DNA of 64,000 bases from a virus (Duplodnaviria; Caudoviricetes): IMG/VR virus record IMGVR_UViG_3300011008_000021, positions 1 to 64,000 of that record. The stretch is one strand, 5' to 3'. Shown here piece after piece: positions 48,510 through 57,558 of this stretch; the stretch's first letter is position 1, and each line of letters opens with the position of its first letter. The notes beneath the pieces were generated by a model. The model made no database searches and was not told the origin of the DNA. It saw nothing but the letters and a program-made list of their open reading frames with translations. The translations under genes were made by a program, and so were the position numbers.

Positions 48510-49247
48510 TTAAATCCTATTTACCATCTGTCCTCGAGTCATTGATTCTAGTGATAATTTTTTTGACGTTAATTCATCAATTTTGTTTTTAAGTTTATCA
48601 AGTAACCCTGTATTTCTTATGTCTTTAAACAATTGATTTCCTTTTCCAAATTCTCCATCACAGGCAATAGAATTATGTCTTATGAGATAGATTGTGTCGA
48701 CTGTATTAATAACAGATTCCAGATTATCTGAATTAAGTACATTATTAATATGATTTACCCACTTCTCTACTTCTTTAGAATTATCATGTTGTTTAAAATT
48801 TTTAATTGGTTTTGGCTCTTTTATCCATGCATCATCGCATACAGAATATATACCATTTGAAGTTACACCTGATCTAATATCCTGTACATACATTTCAACC
48901 TGGAGTCCTCTTATTTCTATATCGAACTTTCTATTATAAGAAGATTTTTTGGAATCGTATAAGTTCTGTAATAATTCTGTTTCGGGTGTAATAACTTCAT
49001 AATTTGATATTATGTGAACATCGATATCAGATTTATCAGTATAATTATAAGAAGCATTTGATCCAACAATTTGAACATCAACAATTTCAATTGGAACTTC
49101 TATATAATCTTCGAAATGCTTTACAATTTCTATAATTTTATCTTTTACTTCTGGTAATAATTTTTTAGTAGTTATATCCCAGATCTTTGGATTTAATGTA
49201 TCGTGTATTTGAATTTCTTCATTAAGTGTTTTCATTCTTTTGTCCAC
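48510..49247 (-). CDS. Pol-beta superfamily nucleotidyltransferase
   Basis: VGSNASYNYTDKSDIDVH and third acid in VEMYVQD. Confidence 0.8.
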   Translation of the reverse strand: MDKRMKTLNEEIQIHDTLNPKIWDITTKKLLPEVKDKIIEIVKHFEDYIEVPIEIVDVQIVGSNASYNYTDKSDIDVHIISNYEVITPETELLQNLYDSKKSSYNRKFDIEIRGLQVEMYVQDIRSGVTSNGIYSVCDDAWIKEPKPIKNFKQHDNSKEVEKWVNHINNVLNSDNLESVINTVDTIYLIRHNSIACDGEFGKGNQLFKDIRNTGLLDKLKNKIDELTSKKLSLESMTRGQMVNRI

Positions 49248-49662
49248 AAATATTTCTTAGAGCCTGCACTATATATTCTTGCTTGTGCATTACTTTTCTG
49301 CTTTAATGACTTTGTAAATGAACTCTGTTTACAAAGTTTAATATATCTATATTTAATAGTTTCTTGACTATATACTTTCTGACATATACTTTATTATCTA
49401 ATCCACCAATGGTAGATTTTATAATATTAATTATTATGTTTTTTACTTATATTTTGTTTGGTTTCTTTTTAGGTACGACATCATTTTTAGTAGAATATTT
49501 TCTGTTGTACCATTTGAATATAATTTCGATCTACGTCTAATCATATAAGCTTCTTAGATTGGTAACGGTGTGCCTACCAAGTTACCAATCTAAGTTACTC
49601 ATACTTTAAAAACATCTAACACTATATATTATACAATACTAAATGGTATTTGTATATAATTA

Positions 49663-50292
49663 TTATTCAATATCTGAAGTATCAGGCATTGCTTTATCAT
49701 ACTGAATGGTACACTGAATCTGATTAACGCTATTAGCATCTGTATCATAAGTAGATTCAGACAAAGATGAAATCCAGCAACCATATAATTTCCAAGTTCT
49801 TACAAGTTGGAAATCTGGAGTATACTCAAGCAGGTAGCAGTCATGTTTATAATCCTTAGCTAAACCTACTTTCTCTGTTCTCACATTGTATGATTGATTT
49901 TGCCATGCCATTAAAGCCATCTTAGCATCAGTTCCAATAAAATCATTAATTACAAGCTGACCTGCTTCAAATGATGGAACACCTGCATATTTAAGTGTTG
50001 AATTTCCTCTTCTAACTTCAATTACATTTTGTGTAAAATGAGGAACTGAAGTAGACTTAACTGAAAGTCTGATAACACTTTCTGGATCTGATAAATATGC
50101 ATTTTGATCTGATGTATCAAATCCTGCCTTAAGAATTGTTGTACCTAATCCAGTTACCATGAATTCAAAGTTATTTAATCTTTGTGGTTCATACATAGCT
50201 GGATTTTCAGCCATGTGATATGTACCATGTGGTATGGTAGAAGGAGTATTAATTGTTGAAGCTCTATCTACTCCATTAATAACAATAGACAT
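49663..50292 (-). CDS. tail tube protein (gp19-like)
   Basis: YEPQRLNNF, KYAGVPSF, RTWKLYGCWIS, TIQYD; follows the sheath. Confidence 0.85.
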   Translation of the reverse strand: MSIVINGVDRASTINTPSTIPHGTYHMAENPAMYEPQRLNNFEFMVTGLGTTILKAGFDTSDQNAYLSDPESVIRLSVKSTSVPHFTQNVIEVRRGNSTLKYAGVPSFEAGQLVINDFIGTDAKMALMAWQNQSYNVRTEKVGLAKDYKHDCYLLEYTPDFQLVRTWKLYGCWISSLSESTYDTDANSVNQIQCTIQYDKAMPDTSDIE

Positions 50293-50310
50293 ATTTTAAT
50301 TCTCCTTTAA

Positions 50311-51648
50311 TTATTCTTCAATGATAACTTCATCGTCTAACAGTAAAATTCCAACATTTACTGATTCAACACCATAAGTTGGATAAAGTACAATCTGGCA
50401 TTGTAATTTTGTTTTATCAGTTGATGGAACTTTTAACAATTTATAATTCTTTAATCCGCTTGCTGAAACCATTGTGTCAAGAAGTTCAGCCATGCTTGCT
50501 TTGAACTTAGTCCATAATACATCATTATTTACTTCAAACATAACAAGCTGAGCAGTCATGTAAGCCTGCTTTTTAACTTCTGAAACAAGATTTCTAAGAT
50601 TAAGGAATGTAAGTGCAAATCCAGTTGATGCAGTTGTATATTGCTTTAAGGTTCTATTTCCCCATATGGTATATCCATAAGGTCTAATATAGGTAATAGC
50701 ATTTATACAAATTGTTGGATCGCTTGAATCAGTTGTGTATCCATACTGATAAGATTCTGCTATTCTATTTGTTAAAATTCTATCTGTATGAGTTGATTTA
50801 ACAATAGTTGCAAGTCCTCTTGAAACACCTGCTACAGTTTGCCAAGACTCATTAGTTTTTAATGAATTTGCTAAGGTGCTTAAATATACAAAAGATGCAG
50901 GCATAACATAATTGTTAGTACAATTACACCATGGAGTAAACATAGTAGCATATTCGGAAGCTGGTAAGTTAGAATTAATTACTGAACCACTTCCTTCTAA
51001 TGGTCTGTGAGGATTATCTGTGTGATCGATGAGTGCAACACAATCTCCTCTCATCTGTGCTACGTTTATTACTTGTGAAGATAAAGTTGATGCTGATATA
51101 TTTGTATACTCGTGACATGGATATCCACCAGTTGTAATAAATTTAATATCATATGTTCCTTTATCTAAAATTGGTGAATCAACTGATCCATCAAAAATCG
51201 AATATAAAGTAGTATATGCTTTTGATACAGTAACATCATAATTAGCTGAAGTATTATCTGTAACATCATTCATTCTCTCATAGATAATTGTTAAACCTTG
51301 TGAAAGAAGATTTAAAGCATATATATAAGATGGATCTGGATCTCCAGCAGCAAACCATTCTACAGTTGAATAATCCTCTGAATCAGTGGAATCAAGCGGA
51401 ATAGCAGCTTGTGGGAATCCTGCAGAAGTTGCAGCCACATAATACGGATAATTCTGTGCTACTTTGAAGGTAGCAGGTTCTGTACCAAACAACGATCTAA
51501 ACTGAGAAACAGAATAGCAAATTTGTGGAGTACCAACAGCTGCAGTAGCACCAGGACCAGCAAATCCTGGAATGTACACTATATTATTCTGTTCAAAACT
51601 ACTTCCATTAGTGGTTAAATCAGTCTCACTAATAATTATTCTATTCAT
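50311..51648 (-). CDS. contractile tail sheath protein (gp18-like)
   Basis: RGDCVALID, FTPW, AGVSRG, INAI..GYTIWGNRTL, LNLRNL, FEVNNDVLW. Confidence 0.9.
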   Translation of the reverse strand: MNRIIISETDLTTNGSSFEQNNIVYIPGFAGPGATAAVGTPQICYSVSQFRSLFGTEPATFKVAQNYPYYVAATSAGFPQAAIPLDSTDSEDYSTVEWFAAGDPDPSYIYALNLLSQGLTIIYERMNDVTDNTSANYDVTVSKAYTTLYSIFDGSVDSPILDKGTYDIKFITTGGYPCHEYTNISASTLSSQVINVAQMRGDCVALIDHTDNPHRPLEGSGSVINSNLPASEYATMFTPWCNCTNNYVMPASFVYLSTLANSLKTNESWQTVAGVSRGLATIVKSTHTDRILTNRIAESYQYGYTTDSSDPTICINAITYIRPYGYTIWGNRTLKQYTTASTGFALTFLNLRNLVSEVKKQAYMTAQLVMFEVNNDVLWTKFKASMAELLDTMVSASGLKNYKLLKVPSTDKTKLQCQIVLYPTYGVESVNVGILLLDDEVIIEE

Positions 51649-51667
51649 TTAATCTCCTTAAATATTT

Positions 51668-52327
51668 TCAAGTAGTTGTATCATCTTTAAAAGTTAAATC
51701 CAAATCTTCGGTTACAACATCAGTATCTGAAGATACAATTACCAATCCACCTTCTAAGGTTAGATATGGTTTTAATCTTGTATCCCACAGATAAGCATCA
51801 ACAAGAGATATTGATAAAGATAATCTTGTAAATTGTCCTACAACTATTCTTTCTGGTATTGCTGAATTATCTTCTACTGTAGAGGATATCTCAATAGAAC
51901 AATTATGGACTATATTTGAACCGTGATAAGGAATAGTTATCTGTAATTCTGGATAATTAATTAAATTGAATACTAACTCTCTCATATATGCATCAGCTTC
52001 TCGATATTTTCTAGCATACACATTTATCTGATACTCAAGTTGAATTGGTATTCCATTTAACTGCAATGTATAGCGTTCTCCATTGTCATTGGTGGTAACA
52101 TATCTACCATCATATGTCAATGGTCTTTTATTTGTATTGATTATTTGATAACCACCCGGTCTTACTATTGTAATTATAGGAAGCTCGATTGGTTTATCTT
52201 TTTTAGTATCAGCAATTATTTCAAATAACTGTCTGGTTTGTTCAGGTCCATAAATATGAACATTTGTATTCTCTGTCCACCTATTAAATTTTTGAATTAT
52301 TGCTGAATCATATAAATAAGCAGACAA
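51668..52327 (-). CDS. tail terminator/sheath stabiliser (gp15-like)
   Basis: LPIITIVR, IPIQLEYQINVY; upstream of the sheath. Confidence 0.6.
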   Translation of the reverse strand: MSAYLYDSAIIQKFNRWTENTNVHIYGPEQTRQLFEIIADTKKDKPIELPIITIVRPGGYQIINTNKRPLTYDGRYVTTNDNGERYTLQLNGIPIQLEYQINVYARKYREADAYMRELVFNLINYPELQITIPYHGSNIVHNCSIEISSTVEDNSAIPERIVVGQFTRLSLSISLVDAYLWDTRLKPYLTLEGGLVIVSSDTDVVTEDLDLTFKDDTTT

Positions 52328-52329
52328 TT

Positions 52330-52758
52330 TTAAACCCCCAAGATATACATATTATATATATCATATATATGATTATTAAAATATCCAAACATCTCAGAAA
52401 ATATAGGATAAGGTTTTACAAATAAATTTCCATAGTTGATTAAATTAACTATGTCAATAATTCTAATAGTATCTAATCCATATATTTTTAAATCAGGGTT
52501 GACAGTTACTTTTACTCTGTTTGCCGACCTGTATATATCAAATCTTAATGTTTGAATTGCTACATAACATATTTCTTTTAAATCTATATGTTTAATATAT
52601 ATAGATTTAAAAATTGGATCACTATTTACAAATAATTGTAGTTGATTTAACTTTTCTGGATTTAAATTACTACTCATCCAAAAGTACATTTTATCAACTA
52701 AATATTTATTGAAACCTTCATCTATAAAATTAAGAATTAACTGCATTGAAATGATCAA
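52330..52758 (-). CDS. hypothetical protein
   Basis: ORF in neck/tail operon. Confidence 0.5.
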   Translation of the reverse strand: MIISMQLILNFIDEGFNKYLVDKMYFWMSSNLNPEKLNQLQLFVNSDPIFKSIYIKHIDLKEICYVAIQTLRFDIYRSANRVKVTVNPDLKIYGLDTIRIIDIVNLINYGNLFVKPYPIFSEMFGYFNNHIYDIYNMYILGV

Positions 52759-53278
52759 TATCTATAGTTTCAAAATCATCTTCTCTGTTCAGTAAATTGA
52801 AACTTGTATTTTCATAATCATAATTGGTTTCCGGTAAGAAATTATCTTGATACTCAGGTATGAGTTCACAAGTAATTGAAGCAGGATAAACAATACTATT
52901 TGTTAATCTAACAACTCTAAATAATCTACCTTTTGAATTATCCAATCCACTTGGTATCACAAACATTGCACCTTGTTGCAATCCAGGAAGATCATAATCA
53001 ACATGAATTATCGATGAATTTTCTTGAAGTTCCGCTACCCAACCAATTTTCTTTAGAGTCTGTTGATTTGGATGTTCATCAAAAATAACACCAACTTTTA
53101 TAGCATTATTGTATAATGCTTCTAATTCTCCATATTGAGTGTAATGTTTACTTTCTGGTTTAGGTGGTATATAATAGACATAAATGCCAATCAACTTAAC
53201 CATTTCTTTAAAATAATGTCTATGTAATTTTATGGAGTTGTGTAATAACAAACCATATTTATTATCCATTTCAATCAT
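52730..53278 (-). CDS. neck/head-closure protein (gp14-like)
   Basis: EMVKLIGIYVYYIP, TLKKIGW, LFRVVR; position. Confidence 0.55.
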   Translation of the reverse strand: MIEMDNKYGLLLHNSIKLHRHYFKEMVKLIGIYVYYIPPKPESKHYTQYGELEALYNNAIKVGVIFDEHPNQQTLKKIGWVAELQENSSIIHVDYDLPGLQQGAMFVIPSGLDNSKGRLFRVVRLTNSIVYPASITCELIPEYQDNFLPETNYDYENTSFNLLNREDDFETIDIDHFNAVNS

Positions 53279-54480
53279 TTTCTTACAGTTCCATATAATC
53301 TAACTGACTTACCATCTGAATCTTTTTGTCTATAATTATAATTTAAAGACTCAGTCATAAACTTCTTATCTTTTAAATTACCAGTAATAGTAAATGCTTT
53401 TCTTCCTTTGGTAATTTGAGTATTCTCTCCGATGAACTTCATCTTTCCTGATTTAGTTACTTTATAGGATTCAAATACAAAAGATGTACCTCTCTCTTTT
53501 CCAGAGTTAAATTTAATAATTCCTTCAACAAAAAGCTTATTATTCTTTCTGGTGATATTTTTAGTCTTATAAGACTCTACATTCTCATAAACTCTTCTGA
53601 GATAAGATTCACCAAGTTCATCGAAAGACTCTTCATCGAATTCATCAACATCTACGTCTACTTGATCTTCAACATCTGATTCTGTATCTTCAATTTCATC
53701 TTCCTCTGGTTCCTGGTTATCTGAAATTTCAATAGCATCCTCTATGTCGATAGGAGCCATTGTTTCTCCTTCATTAGTCTTTGGCTCAGTTGTTATTGTA
53801 ACTTTACCAGAATCAGTAGAATCCATAGACATTACTTGATCGTCAGTTTCAATAGTTGCAGATTGAAAATCTTCTTCTAAACATTCATCAGTATCTTTAA
53901 GACTATTTTGAATAGCATTACCAGCTAATGCACCAACTATAGGATGACCTACAGCTCCACCTAATAAGCCACCTGCAGCTGCACCCAGAAGTCCTTCATC
54001 ACATGATTGAAGATGTTTCTTTGATTCTCTAATTAAATTCTTATCCCCACATTCATCGATATCAACTTTTGTATCAACTTCAGCTTCAAGATTTCCATCA
54101 CCGTCTTCATCAGTAATTGTCACTTCTTCAACTTCCTCGTAAGGAACAATCTTACCAATTACTTTATATCCGTCTTGTGAAAAACAAACTGGACACTCTT
54201 CGTCAATATTGCAACAACCTGATTCATTATCAATTTTAATTTCTGATGGATCTTTATAGAACTTAGAATGACAGATGCAACATTCAGTAACAACTTTTCC
54301 AACATAAGAATCTTCTATATCGTCCTCTGTATCTGCCTGGACATCTATAATATCAATTTCATCTGACAATTCGTCAGTGTCTATAAAATTTCTTAAATCA
54401 GCAGAATCCATTGCAGAACTGATATTAAAATCTTCTGACTCAAGTAAATTTAATTTTTGAAATGCTTCGTTTAAATTCAT
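53275..54480 (-). CDS. acidic head-associated protein with CxxC pairs and a glycine-zipper insert
   Basis: CCIC, CPVC, GLLGAAAGGLLGGAVG; many L/I-x-E sites. Confidence 0.6.
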   Translation of the reverse strand: MNLNEAFQKLNLLESEDFNISSAMDSADLRNFIDTDELSDEIDIIDVQADTEDDIEDSYVGKVVTECCICHSKFYKDPSEIKIDNESGCCNIDEECPVCFSQDGYKVIGKIVPYEEVEEVTITDEDGDGNLEAEVDTKVDIDECGDKNLIRESKKHLQSCDEGLLGAAAGGLLGGAVGHPIVGALAGNAIQNSLKDTDECLEEDFQSATIETDDQVMSMDSTDSGKVTITTEPKTNEGETMAPIDIEDAIEISDNQEPEEDEIEDTESDVEDQVDVDVDEFDEESFDELGESYLRRVYENVESYKTKNITRKNNKLFVEGIIKFNSGKERGTSFVFESYKVTKSGKMKFIGENTQITKGRKAFTITGNLKDKKFMTESLNYNYRQKDSDGKSVRLYGTVRK

Positions 54481-54493
54481 TTCATTCTCCTTG

Positions 54494-55222
54494 TTAATCT
54501 ATTCCATAAGTTAATTGAGTATTCTGCCTCAAATAATCTTGTAATGTCTGATATTCACTTATACCTTCTTGTAAGATCGTCTCTCCATCTTGTGTCCATA
54601 AGGCATTAGATTGAGTATATCTTGTTCTTATTCTTCCTAAGGTAATTTTAGTTAATGCCAAAGACATTTGAGTAATAACATCAATCCAAAAATCAGATTT
54701 CACTTCTTCTACATCATCATATTTAGGAACATATTCAACAGTGATATATTGAGGTGTTCCACTTGAAATATTTACATATAAACAATTACTTGCTCTATCA
54801 AAAACAAAAGCTAAATCAGTTGATGTAGTATTTCTTATCTGAAGTAATGTATTCCAAGAAAGATAATTGTAAACATAATCTTGAAAATTATACATGTTAC
54901 CAGTTCCAGACAATAATTGCCACTGTGCTACTTGCATAGGATCCATAGTAGTAGAATTTCCATTACTTGTAAATCCTTCTGTTCTGTAAACTCTGGAAAC
55001 TGAATTAACTTTTATTTGCTTACCATTTGTATTTTCTTTATTTGAAAAATCAATACAGTTCTGAAATGGAATTGTGATGTAATTAGTATCGCAGATATAT
55101 CTTTGTACTTCTCTTAAAGCAGAATTTATAATTCTATCAAGTGTTGAGTCATCAATTTCCATTTCTAATAAATAGCCAGTAAGTTTCAATTTTATTTCAT
55201 CTCTGTATTCCTGAAGTGTCAT
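54494..55222 (-). CDS. neck / head-tail adaptor (gp13-like)
   Basis: EIKLKL..EIDD..INSAL, LALTKITLGRIRTRY, QDGETILQEG. Confidence 0.75.
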   Translation of the reverse strand: MTLQEYRDEIKLKLTGYLLEMEIDDSTLDRIINSALREVQRYICDTNYITIPFQNCIDFSNKENTNGKQIKVNSVSRVYRTEGFTSNGNSTTMDPMQVAQWQLLSGTGNMYNFQDYVYNYLSWNTLLQIRNTTSTDLAFVFDRASNCLYVNISSGTPQYITVEYVPKYDDVEEVKSDFWIDVITQMSLALTKITLGRIRTRYTQSNALWTQDGETILQEGISEYQTLQDYLRQNTQLTYGID

Positions 55223-55248
55223 TTACTTACTCCTATTTAAATTTATCA

Positions 55249-55282
55249 ATATTGGAGGATATATTAATATATCCTCCAATAT
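55249..55282. repeat. perfect 34-bp palindrome (terminator or operator)
   Basis: ATATTGGAGGATATATT|AATATATCCTCCAATAT. Confidence 0.7.
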
Positions 55283-55299
55283 ATAATAATTATACAATA

Positions 55300-55455
55300 T
55301 TATTCGTTACCTTTAACAATATCAGTTCCATCAACTTTAATAACAGTCTCATTTGATGGCTTCTCAATAACTATGTCAGGTGTTCCAGTAGTAGGAATCT
55401 GATTTTTATTATTGACTTCAATATTTAATTTTCCATTTTTTTCATAAATAAACAT
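55300..55455 (-). CDS. small hypothetical protein, 51 aa (MFIYEKNGKLNIEV...), not in ORF track
   Basis: RBS AGGAG, open frame filling the gap. Confidence 0.65.
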   Translation of the reverse strand: MFIYEKNGKLNIEVNNKNQIPTTGTPDIVIEKPSNETVIKVDGTDIVKGNE

Positions 55456-55483
55456 GTTTATATATTCTCCTATTTAAAATATA

Positions 55484-56635
55484 TTAAATTCCAAATGTAG
55501 CAAAAGATCTTAAAATATCAACACAACTATCCATGGTATCGATAGTAGCTTCATCAAAGAATTCATTCCATTTAGACATTGGATCATCAAGATATGATCC
55601 TAACTCTTCTTGAAAGTCCATTAGATCATTAGCAATCTTATTTGCTCTTAATTGTATTTTAGACTGAACAGCTTCTCTTAATAAACTTTCTTCTTTACGA
55701 AGAGCTTTATTAATTCTTCCTTGATACCTATCTAATTGGCCTGCATGATAAGATCTATCTGTTTCCTTCCTTCTTTGAATTTCTGCAATTCTGTCTTGAA
55801 GCTTTTTTATCTCATCATCTGCAGTTGAATCAATATTACCTAAGTTATTCTTGTGATAATTCCTGCTCCAAAGATCATTCTTCATCTGATTATAATTTCC
55901 CTGCATTTCAGCATTTTGAAGCTCTCTGTCTCTTTCTAAAGCATTAACTCCACCTTGATGTCCATAAGTATTTGGAGATCTTTGACCACTCACATATTTT
56001 CTAGCTCTGTCTGCAAGATTTATTTTATCATTAGACATACCTGAAGGACCTTGTGAGTGATATCTCCTACCATAATATCTACTTCTTCCTTCTGAATCAT
56101 CATCTTCGGAACGAACAATAGCATTACCCCATGAACCTGGAGTATTAGGAACTATCTTAGCATTATCATCTCTTTTAAGACCGTATTTATCAAGAACTTT
56201 CTTTTCTTCTGGTGTAAGTTTAGCATTTGATCTTTTTACAGATTTATTATATATACTTCTAAGAAGTTCAGAGTCAGCTCTATCTTCATCAGACATTTCT
56301 GCCTCATTTAAAGAATTTAATTTTTCTCTTAATTTATCTGTATCAACACATTCAGAGAAATTTTCTTCATTTCTACTTTCTTCATTTGAATAGAACTCTT
56401 TTGCTTCTTCTTCTGAAATATAATTAATTTCTTCTGGCTCTGAAGTTTCTTGATTTTCGGCTTCAACTACAACATTTCCATCTTCATCTATTTGAACATC
56501 AAGAAGTTTGTATGTTTCATCACCGTTAGTAAAAAGATCTCCTACTTCAATTTCATCTGTTTCTTTTTCAATTTCCTCAGATTCAACAAGATATCTTTTG
56601 TTAAATCCTTCGTTTAACATTTTTAGATTATTCAT
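55484..56635 (-). CDS. hypothetical probable internal head protein
   Basis: RBS AAGGA; repeated LNE/LVE/LRE sites separating modules. Confidence 0.6.
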   Translation of the reverse strand: MNNLKMLNEGFNKRYLVESEEIEKETDEIEVGDLFTNGDETYKLLDVQIDEDGNVVVEAENQETSEPEEINYISEEEAKEFYSNEESRNEENFSECVDTDKLREKLNSLNEAEMSDEDRADSELLRSIYNKSVKRSNAKLTPEEKKVLDKYGLKRDDNAKIVPNTPGSWGNAIVRSEDDDSEGRSRYYGRRYHSQGPSGMSNDKINLADRARKYVSGQRSPNTYGHQGGVNALERDRELQNAEMQGNYNQMKNDLWSRNYHKNNLGNIDSTADDEIKKLQDRIAEIQRRKETDRSYHAGQLDRYQGRINKALRKEESLLREAVQSKIQLRANKIANDLMDFQEELGSYLDDPMSKWNEFFDEATIDTMDSCVDILRSFATFGI

Positions 56636-56656
56636 TTATCAATTTTCCTTTAAAAT

Positions 56657-56685
56657 AAAAAAGATGTAGTATATAAACTACATCT
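56657..56685 (-). terminator. intrinsic terminator
   Basis: AGATGTAGT-TTATAT-ACTACATCT followed by a T run. Confidence 0.75.
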
Positions 56686-56736
56686 AATCAGTTATTATCA
56701 ATATATAATACAATAATTATTTATTTTAAAATAATA

Positions 56737-56907
56737 TTAAACATCTGAAGGATCGAAATCTATCATTTCATCAATTTCTTCCTTCGCTTGTTTGACTGTA
56801 TCTGCTTCATACTTTATATCTCTTATAAAGAATAAATCAGTATCCTGATAAAATATATATTTTCCAGTATCACTATCAAACTCAATAATAAAAGATCTGT
56901 ATTTCAT
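56737..56907 (-). CDS. small hypothetical protein, 56 aa, not in ORF track
   Basis: RBS AAGGTG; MKYRSFIIEF...DTVKQAKEEIDEM. Confidence 0.6.
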   Translation of the reverse strand: MKYRSFIIEFDSDTGKYIFYQDTDLFFIRDIKYEADTVKQAKEEIDEMIDFDPSDV

Positions 56908-56919
56908 AAAACACCTTTC

Positions 56920-57069
56920 TTAAAAAGAATGTTATAAATTATCAATTTCATTCTTTGCTTCTTCTATAGTGTCAAAAAAAGCATCTATTCTAATTGGATC
57001 CTCTTGAATAGTTATTCTATACATATCTGTATTTTCTACATATATAATATCATAACCTTTATAATTCAT
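56920..57069 (-). CDS. small hypothetical protein, 49 aa, not in ORF track
   Basis: ATGA overlap with the upstream stop; MNYKGYDI...DTIEEAKNEIDKF. Confidence 0.6.
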
Positions 57070-57380
57070 ACTTCAATTATACCCTCTTTAACATATCTAA
57101 TCATTACTTTGATATAAAGTAGAACCCAATTATTCCAACTCATTAAATCTAAATAATCAAAATCAATTTCATTTTTAGCGTAGAAACTTTCCAACCATAC
57201 TCTAAAAGAAGAATCCTTTACATTAAGAGACTTATAAAAATTATACAGAGAGTTTTTATATTCCAAAGATGTAATATCTTTTAATGGTTTCTTATCATTT
57301 GGTAATCCTATTGACGAAGTCCATCTATCAAAAGCTTCAATTACTTCATTGTATCTATCTATTAATTCAGCACTATTCAT
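57066..57380 (-). CDS. hypothetical protein
   Basis: ORF downstream of a sigmaA promoter. Confidence 0.55.
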   Translation of the reverse strand: MNSAELIDRYNEVIEAFDRWTSSIGLPNDKKPLKDITSLEYKNSLYNFYKSLNVKDSSFRVWLESFYAKNEIDFDYLDLMSWNNWVLLYIKVMIRYVKEGIIEV

Positions 57381-57475
57381 TTTTAAGAATCTATTTTCTT
57401 GTCCGTCATCATATATTTCTACGTTAAAAGTATTAGCTGTTAGAAACAGCTTGCAACCTAATGTCTTACAGGATT

Positions 57476-57504
57476 ATTATACGATATTTTTATTTAATTG
57501 TCAA
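57476..57504 (-). promoter_or_regulatory. consensus sigmaA promoter
   Basis: TTGACA, 17 nt, TATAAT. Confidence 0.8.
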
Positions 57505-57508
57505 CAAT

Positions 57509-57542
57509 AAAAAAGAGGAGTTACAGGTAATGTAACTCCTCT
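57509..57542 (-). terminator. intrinsic terminator of the capsid transcript
   Basis: AGAGGAGTTACA-TTACC-TGTAACTCCTCT followed by a T run. Confidence 0.88.
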
Positions 57543-57558
57543 GAAAACATTAAGTTAA

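Noticed and set aside
49300-49430. Decayed NUMOD1/HNH gene fragments in the intergenic gap
   Set aside because: Only a few suggestive codons (YHWWIR); not supportable without alignment
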